Below, piece after piece: positions 27,225-32,000 of a stretch of 32,000 nucleotides of DNA. The notes beneath the pieces are model-generated. The model saw only the letters and a list, made by a program, of their open reading frames with translations. It was not told the DNA's origin and did not search any database. The DNA is from Delftia acidovorans NBRC 14950 (GTDB taxonomy: Bacteria; Pseudomonadota; Gammaproteobacteria; Burkholderiales; Burkholderiaceae_C), in assembly GCF_001598795.1 (NCBI RefSeq), contig NZ_BCZP01000016.1, positions 90,001 to 122,000 on the forward strand, given 5' to 3'. The number at the start of each line of letters is the position of its first letter. Within the stretch, counting starts at the first letter, position 1. Both the position numbers and the translations under genes were made by a program.

Positions 27225-28334
27225 CTAGCGGCGCAGCACCAGCCAGGTGAAGGCGGTCAATGAAAGAAGGCTGTAGAGCAGGCCCGGCGCCGCAGCGGTC
27301 AGCCAGGGCGACCAGGTCTGCAGCGTGCCGATGTAGCCGAACACGTTGTTCAGCAGGAAGAAGCTGATGCCGGCCATGACGCCGCCGAACACATAGGCCG
27401 CGATGCCGCCCGAGCGGAAATGCAGATAGGCAAAGGGCAGGGCCAGCACCACCATCACCAGGCAGCTCATGGGGTAGAAGACCTTGCGCCAGAACTCGAT
27501 CTCGTACTTCTGCGCGGCCTGGCCGTTGGCCTCCAGGTGGCGCACGTACTGAAACAGCGAGATGGTGGACATGCGGTCGGGCTTGAGCAGCGCGGCCGAG
27601 ACCATTTCGGCGCTGATGCCGGTCTTCCAGACCAGGCTGTCCTCCTTCTCGCGCAGCAGCACCATGCCTCCGTCGGCCTTGGCCTTCAGGCGGCTGGCCT
27701 CAACGCCCTGGAGCGTCCAGGATTCGCCATCCTCGCTGACCTGCGCCGCCTGCGCATGGATCTGGGCCGAGATGCGGCCCTGGCCGTCAAAGTCGAAGAT
27801 GCGCACATTGGAGAAATCACCGGGCCCGCGGATGGCGCGCACGTTGATGGCTATGGAGTGATCGCCCTGGCGTTCCTTGAGCCAGGCACCCGTGGCGCCG
27901 CGCGACAGCTGGGCCAGGTGGATGGCGCGGATGTTCTGGCCCGCGTTCTCGGCCGCCGGCGCCAGGTAGTCGCCCGTGCCGAAGGTGGCCAGCACAAAAC
28001 CCAGGCCCAGCACCATCAGCGTGCGCAGCGCCAGCCAGGGGCCCATGCCGCTGGTGCGCATGATGGTGAATTCCGAGCTCTGGGCAAAGCGCGCCATCAC
28101 GTAGATGGTGCCGATCAGCACGGTGATGGGCATCAGCTCGTACAAGTGGCTGGGGATGCGCAGCACCACGAAGAGCAGGGCGTGCGTGATCTGGTAGCCG
28201 TTGTCGCCGCCGCGCCCGACCCAGCGCAGCTCATCGACCAGATCGAAGAAAAAGAACAGCGCCAGGAAGGCCAGCGTCACATAGCTGACGGCCGCGATGA
28301 TGTCGCGGTACAGCAGGTTTCTCAGAACTCTCAT
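27225..28334 (-). CDS. lptG: LPS export ABC transporter permease LptG
   Basis: YjgP/YjgQ family: MRVLRNLLYRDII..., six predicted TM segments plus a periplasmic beta-jellyroll segment. Its ATG overlaps the lptF stop by 1 nt. Confidence 0.85.
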   Translation of the reverse strand: MRVLRNLLYRDIIAAVSYVTLAFLALFFFFDLVDELRWVGRGGDNGYQITHALLFVVLRIPSHLYELMPITVLIGTIYVMARFAQSSEFTIMRTSGMGPWLALRTLMVLGLGFVLATFGTGDYLAPAAENAGQNIRAIHLAQLSRGATGAWLKERQGDHSIAINVRAIRGPGDFSNVRIFDFDGQGRISAQIHAQAAQVSEDGESWTLQGVEASRLKAKADGGMVLLREKEDSLVWKTGISAEMVSAALLKPDRMSTISLFQYVRHLEANGQAAQKYEIEFWRKVFYPMSCLVMVVLALPFAYLHFRSGGIAAYVFGGVMAGISFFLLNNVFGYIGTLQTWSPWLTAAAPGLLYSLLSLTAFTWLVLRR

Positions 28335-29461
28335 CAGGGCACCGCCTTTGCGTCGTCCAGGGCAGCCGGCTTGCAGGGCCTGCGCCACAGGTCGCGCGGC
28401 GACCAGCGCTTGTGCCGTACCAGCAGCACCAGCAGTGCCAGCAGCAATGTTCCACCGTGCAGCAGGGCCGTCATGGCGGGCATGCTCAGCTTGCCCGAGG
28501 CCACCCAGTTCTCGCCCAGCGTCATCAGGTTGTAGTACACGATGAAGGCGAACAGCGCGAGCATGAGGCTGCCGCTGCCACCAGCGCGCGGGTTCACGCT
28601 GGCCACGGCCAGGCCCAGGATCACGAAGTTCAGCGCCGCCAGCGGCAGGCCTATGCGCCAGCCCAGCTCGGCGCGGTAGATGGGTTCGGTGCGCGGCAGC
28701 AGCTCATGCGTGTAGGTGCTGCGAGCGGCCATTTCCTCGGCAGCGGCCAGATTGTTGCCGCCGCCGAGCTGCGTGCCGTATTCCTTGAACTCGCTGATCT
28801 TCACCGAGCCGTCGCTGGTCTGCGTTTCCATGCGCTGGCCGTCGGTCAGCACGGCCATGCGTTCGCCCTTGACCACTTCCAGCCGCGCCCCGCGCGCCGA
28901 GGTCACGGACTCGCGCCCGCGCTCATTGGCCACGATGAACACATTGTTGGCTGCGGTGGCGCTGGGTACGTCCTTGTCGATGAAGAACACGCGCGAGCCG
29001 CCCGCAGACTCCTGGAACTCGCCGGGGGCGATGCGGTCAATGTCGCTGCGCTGCTCGAACTGGGTCTTGATCTGCTCGATCTGCTGATTGGCCCAGGGCA
29101 GGATGCCCAGGCCCAGCACGGCGATCACGGCAAGCACCGGCCAAGCAAAGCGCAGCAGCGGGCGCAGCAGGCTGGCCAGTCCCTGGCCTGCGGCGAACCA
29201 GATCACCATCTCGCTGTCGCGGTACATGCGCGACAGCGAGCCGACCACGGCCACGAAAAGCCCCAGGCCCAAAATCGTGGGCAACTGGCCAAGCACCGTA
29301 TAGCCCATGACCAGCAGAACGTCGGAAGGGCTGACATTGCCCTTGTAAGCCTGGCCCAGCGTGCGGATCAGCATCATGGTCATGACGACCGTGATCAGCA
29401 CCACGACCGTGGCACCGAAGCTGCGGGCCAGCTCTTTGCGTATGGATGAATCGAATAACAT
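28334..29461 (-). CDS. lptF: LPS export ABC transporter permease LptF
   Basis: YjgP/YjgQ family: MLFDSSIRKELARSFGATVVVL... It is divergent from pepA, the classical pepA<>lptFG arrangement. Confidence 0.85.
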   Translation of the reverse strand: MLFDSSIRKELARSFGATVVVLITVVMTMMLIRTLGQAYKGNVSPSDVLLVMGYTVLGQLPTILGLGLFVAVVGSLSRMYRDSEMVIWFAAGQGLASLLRPLLRFAWPVLAVIAVLGLGILPWANQQIEQIKTQFEQRSDIDRIAPGEFQESAGGSRVFFIDKDVPSATAANNVFIVANERGRESVTSARGARLEVVKGERMAVLTDGQRMETQTSDGSVKISEFKEYGTQLGGGNNLAAAEEMAARSTYTHELLPRTEPIYRAELGWRIGLPLAALNFVILGLAVASVNPRAGGSGSLMLALFAFIVYYNLMTLGENWVASGKLSMPAMTALLHGGTLLLALLVLLVRHKRWSPRDLWRRPCKPAALDDAKAVP

Positions 29462-29484
29462 TGGCTGAAAGGAAAACGCCGATT

Positions 29485-31062
29485 ATGAACTTTGAACTGA
29501 AGCCGTTGACGACTGCCGCAGCAGTACGTGAAAAGTGTGACCTGTTGTTGGTGCTGGTGACCGAAGCCACGGTCACGGGCAGCGACGCGCTGTCCACCCT
29601 GGTCGCACACGCGGTCAAGGCCGGAGATTTCGAAACGGCAGCCGGCAAGCAGCTGGCACTGTACGGCCTGCCAGCCGTTGCTGCACGCCGCGTCGTGCTG
29701 CTGGGTGCGGGCAACGGCTCGGCACGGGAAGTGCGCCAGGCCGTGGCCGGCGCAGGTGCCGCGCTCAAGGCGACCGGTGTTGGCAAGGCCTTGCTGTGCT
29801 TTGGCTTCGATGCGGCAGGTCCTGCCGTTGCTGCCGCCGTTCTGGCGGCGGCCGATGCCTGCTACAGCTATACCCACACCAAGCCGCAGGCCAAGCCTGT
29901 GGCGCTCAAGAAGCTGGTGATTGCCGCAGCCGTCAAGGCGGGCGACAAGAATGGCGTTGCCGACGCTTTCAAGACCGCCGTGGCCCAGGCCGAAGGCATG
30001 ACCCTGGCACGCGAATGGGCCAATCGCCCCGCCAACCACGCCACCCCCACCTTGCTGGCTGACGCGGCCCGCGCCCTGGCCAAGCTGCCCGGCATCAGCT
30101 GCAAAATCCACGGCCCCGCCGAAGTCGCCAAGCTCGGCATGGGCGCTTTCATGGCCGTGGCCCAGGGATCGGAGCAGCCGCTGCGCTTCATCGAACTGCA
30201 CTACAACGGCGGCACCAAGGGCGCCGCGCCCGTGGTGCTGGTCGGCAAGGGCATCACTTTCGATACCGGCGGCATCTCTCTCAAGCCTGCCGCTGAAATG
30301 GACGAGATGAAGTTCGACATGGGCGGCGCCGCCAGCGTGCTGGGCGTGTTCCATGCGCTGGCTCGGCTGCAGCCGGCCGTCAATGTCGTCGGCCTCATTC
30401 CAGCGTCCGAGAACATGCCCGGCGGCGCTGCCGTCAAGCCGGGCGACGTGGTCACCAGCATGAGCGGTCAGACCATAGAAATCCTCAACACCGATGCCGA
30501 AGGCCGTCTCGTGCTCTGCGATGCGCTGACCTACGCCGCCCGCTTCAAGCCCCGCGCCATGGTGGACATCGCCACGCTGACCGGTGCCTGCGTCATCGCC
30601 CTGGGCGGGCTGCGCAGCGGCATGTTCTCGCCCAGCGACGAACTGGCCCGCGCGCTGGAGCAGGCCGGAGATGCGGCACTGGACCCCTGCTGGCGCATGC
30701 CGCTGGACGAGGAGTACGGCGAAGGCCTCAAGAGCAATTTTGCCGACATGGGCAATGTGGCTGGCCGCGCGGGTGGCGCAGTCACGGCAGCCAAGTTCCT
30801 GCAGCGCTTTGTGGGCGACATTCCCTGGGCCCATCTGGACATCGCCGGCACGGCCTGGAAGAGCGGCGCCGCCAAGGGCGGTACCGGCCGCCCCGTGGGC
30901 CTGCTGCTGCACTATCTGCTGGCCGGCATCGATGCTGGCAAGGCGCAGGCCAAGGCTGCTGCACCCCATAAAGCTGCTGCACCCAAGAAGCCTGTGCCAC
31001 CCAAGGCAGGATCTGCCAGCCGCCGCAAGGCGGCAGTTGCAGCTCAGCCGGAGCAGGCATGA
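29485..31062 (+). CDS. pepA: Leucyl aminopeptidase (M17) with a short Ala/Lys/Pro-rich C-terminal tail
   Basis: VGKGITFDTGGISLKP and the NTDAEGRLVLCDAL signature. Start at ATG 29485 (MNFELKPL), not the ORF-track start 29446. Confidence 0.95.
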   Translation: MNFELKPLTTAAAVREKCDLLLVLVTEATVTGSDALSTLVAHAVKAGDFETAAGKQLALYGLPAVAARRVVLLGAGNGSAREVRQAVAGAGAALKATGVGKALLCFGFDAAGPAVAAAVLAAADACYSYTHTKPQAKPVALKKLVIAAAVKAGDKNGVADAFKTAVAQAEGMTLAREWANRPANHATPTLLADAARALAKLPGISCKIHGPAEVAKLGMGAFMAVAQGSEQPLRFIELHYNGGTKGAAPVVLVGKGITFDTGGISLKPAAEMDEMKFDMGGAASVLGVFHALARLQPAVNVVGLIPASENMPGGAAVKPGDVVTSMSGQTIEILNTDAEGRLVLCDALTYAARFKPRAMVDIATLTGACVIALGGLRSGMFSPSDELARALEQAGDAALDPCWRMPLDEEYGEGLKSNFADMGNVAGRAGGAVTAAKFLQRFVGDIPWAHLDIAGTAWKSGAAKGGTGRPVGLLLHYLLAGIDAGKAQAKAAAPHKAAAPKKPVPPKAGSASRRKAAVAAQPEQA

Positions 31063-31107
31063 GCGCATCGTCCCCGTCAGCCCGGGCCTGTTTGAAGGGA
31101 GCATCGC

Positions 31108-31539
31108 TTGACTGAAGTGGCGTTCCATTTCAACGCGCCCGACAAGCTGGCCTATGTCTGCCGCCTGGCGCGCAAGGCACTCAGGCACCGCACGCAACTG
31201 GTGGTGCTGGGCTCGCCGCCGCTGCTCAAGGCCTTGTCGCCCAGGCTGTGGAGTGTCTCGCCCACCGACTTCCTGGCACATGCCGGCGAAGGCGATGGGG
31301 CAGACATCATGACCTTCTCGCCCATCGTTCTGCTGGAGCGGCTGGACGGCGCGCCGCACCACGACATGCTGGTCAACCTGGGCGGCGAAGTGCCCGAAGG
31401 ATTCGAGCGCTTTGCGCGTGTCGTCGAAGTGGTTTCCGCCACCGACGAGGAAGACCGCCACCTGGCCCGGCAGCGCTGGAAGCACTATGCGGCCCAGGGT
31501 ATTTCCATCAAGCGCCATGACCTGGTCCTCAAGGAGTAA
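31108..31539 (+). CDS. holC: DNA polymerase III subunit chi
   Basis: About 143 aa directly downstream of pepA (conserved pepA-holC synteny). EVAFHFNAPDKLAYVCRLARKA resembles the chi N-terminus. TTG start at 31108, with an alternative GTG at 31117. Confidence 0.8.
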   Translation: MTEVAFHFNAPDKLAYVCRLARKALRHRTQLVVLGSPPLLKALSPRLWSVSPTDFLAHAGEGDGADIMTFSPIVLLERLDGAPHHDMLVNLGGEVPEGFERFARVVEVVSATDEEDRHLARQRWKHYAAQGISIKRHDLVLKE

Positions 31540-31542
31540 GCC

Positions 31543-32000
31543 ATGAGCGCTCCTCCCTCCAAAACCCCACCGCGCTTTGTTCCCACGCTCACCGATGTCG
31601 TTGCGGTGGATGCGGCTCAGGCGGTCGAGCCCCTGGCACACCCCGTGTCCGAACTGCCGCTGGCGGACGAAGCGACGCCCTGGGCCAGCGAAGGCATGCT
31701 GGCGCCTCGGCGTGGCGTGGTCGCCCTGCCTGCGTCCCTGCCGCCGCTGCCGCAGGACCTGGAGCCCCAGCGGCCCATGGTCGCCGAGCAGGCTGCACCC
31801 GAGGAAATCCCGACACCTGCAATGCAGCCCGTGCTCTCGGACTATCAGCCGCCCAGTGCCCCGTCCGTGGAAATGCAATTGGCCCAGGAAAGCCGTCTGG
31901 CCGAAATGGCTGATGTGACTGATGCGGCAGGTGCGGCAGATGTGGCTTCAGCGGGCGACGCGGCACCGGTCGGGGAAGTGGTCCCTGCCGACCTGGTGGT
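31543..32000 (+). CDS. Hypothetical Pro/Ala/Glu-rich protein, N-terminal fragment; runs off the window
   Basis: ATG 31543 lies 3 nt after the holC stop. Frame 1 stays open to base 32000 with high third-position G+C (MSAPPSKTPPRFVPTLTDVVAVDAAQ...). It is absent from the ORF track because no stop is reached. Confidence 0.5.
   Translation, partial: MSAPPSKTPPRFVPTLTDVVAVDAAQAVEPLAHPVSELPLADEATPWASEGMLAPRRGVVALPASLPPLPQDLEPQRPMVAEQAAPEEIPTPAMQPVLSDYQPPSAPSVEMQLAQESRLAEMADVTDAAGAADVASAGDAAPVGEVVPADLV

Noticed and set aside
29395-31878. 827-aa minus-strand ORF opposite pepA and holC
   Set aside because: It is an antisense shadow ORF. pepA on the plus strand has the NTDAEGRL signature.

Overview
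High-GC (roughly 65-68% by eye) chromosomal segment. Gene content points to a betaproteobacterium, order Burkholderiales, probably Comamonadaceae: there are two Bug/TctC-type periplasmic binding proteins and the block yebC-purD-hemF-rsfS-rlmH-maf-rng. I found no rRNA, tRNA, CRISPR array, transposase or integrase. Gene order: partial family III CoA-transferase, amidohydrolase, Bug binding protein (+); PQQ sugar dehydrogenase (-); YebC paralogue (+); upp, PLP dehydratase, DUF853/YjgR ATPase (-); yebC-purD-hemF, rsfS-rlmH, maf, rng (+); a LodA-like/LodB-like pair (+); second Bug protein (-); TonB-dependent receptor, AraC regulator, tannase-family lipoprotein esterase, aminotransferase, cysB, cbiX-like, lptG, lptF (all -); pepA, holC and a partial low-complexity ORF (+). 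The most interesting locus is 14749-18068. A 179-bp AT-rich spacer (about 38% G+C by hand count) precedes a translationally coupled pair: a LodA/GoxA-family quinoprotein oxidase homologue, predicted to carry cysteine tryptophylquinone (CTQ), and its LodB-like maturation flavoprotein. The pair sits between core genes and its substrate is unknown. Secondary observations: an in-frame 12-bp minisatellite in the amidohydrolase; an RsfS with a histone-H1-like Ala/Lys/Pro tail of about 136 aa, and a shorter similar tail on PepA; two strong hairpins in a divergent promoter region; a Fur-box-like site ahead of an AraC-plus-TonB-receptor module; and two YebC paralogues. All family assignments come from motif recognition by eye and none was checked by a database search. 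Many long ORFs in the six-frame track are antisense shadows typical of high-GC DNA and were rejected.
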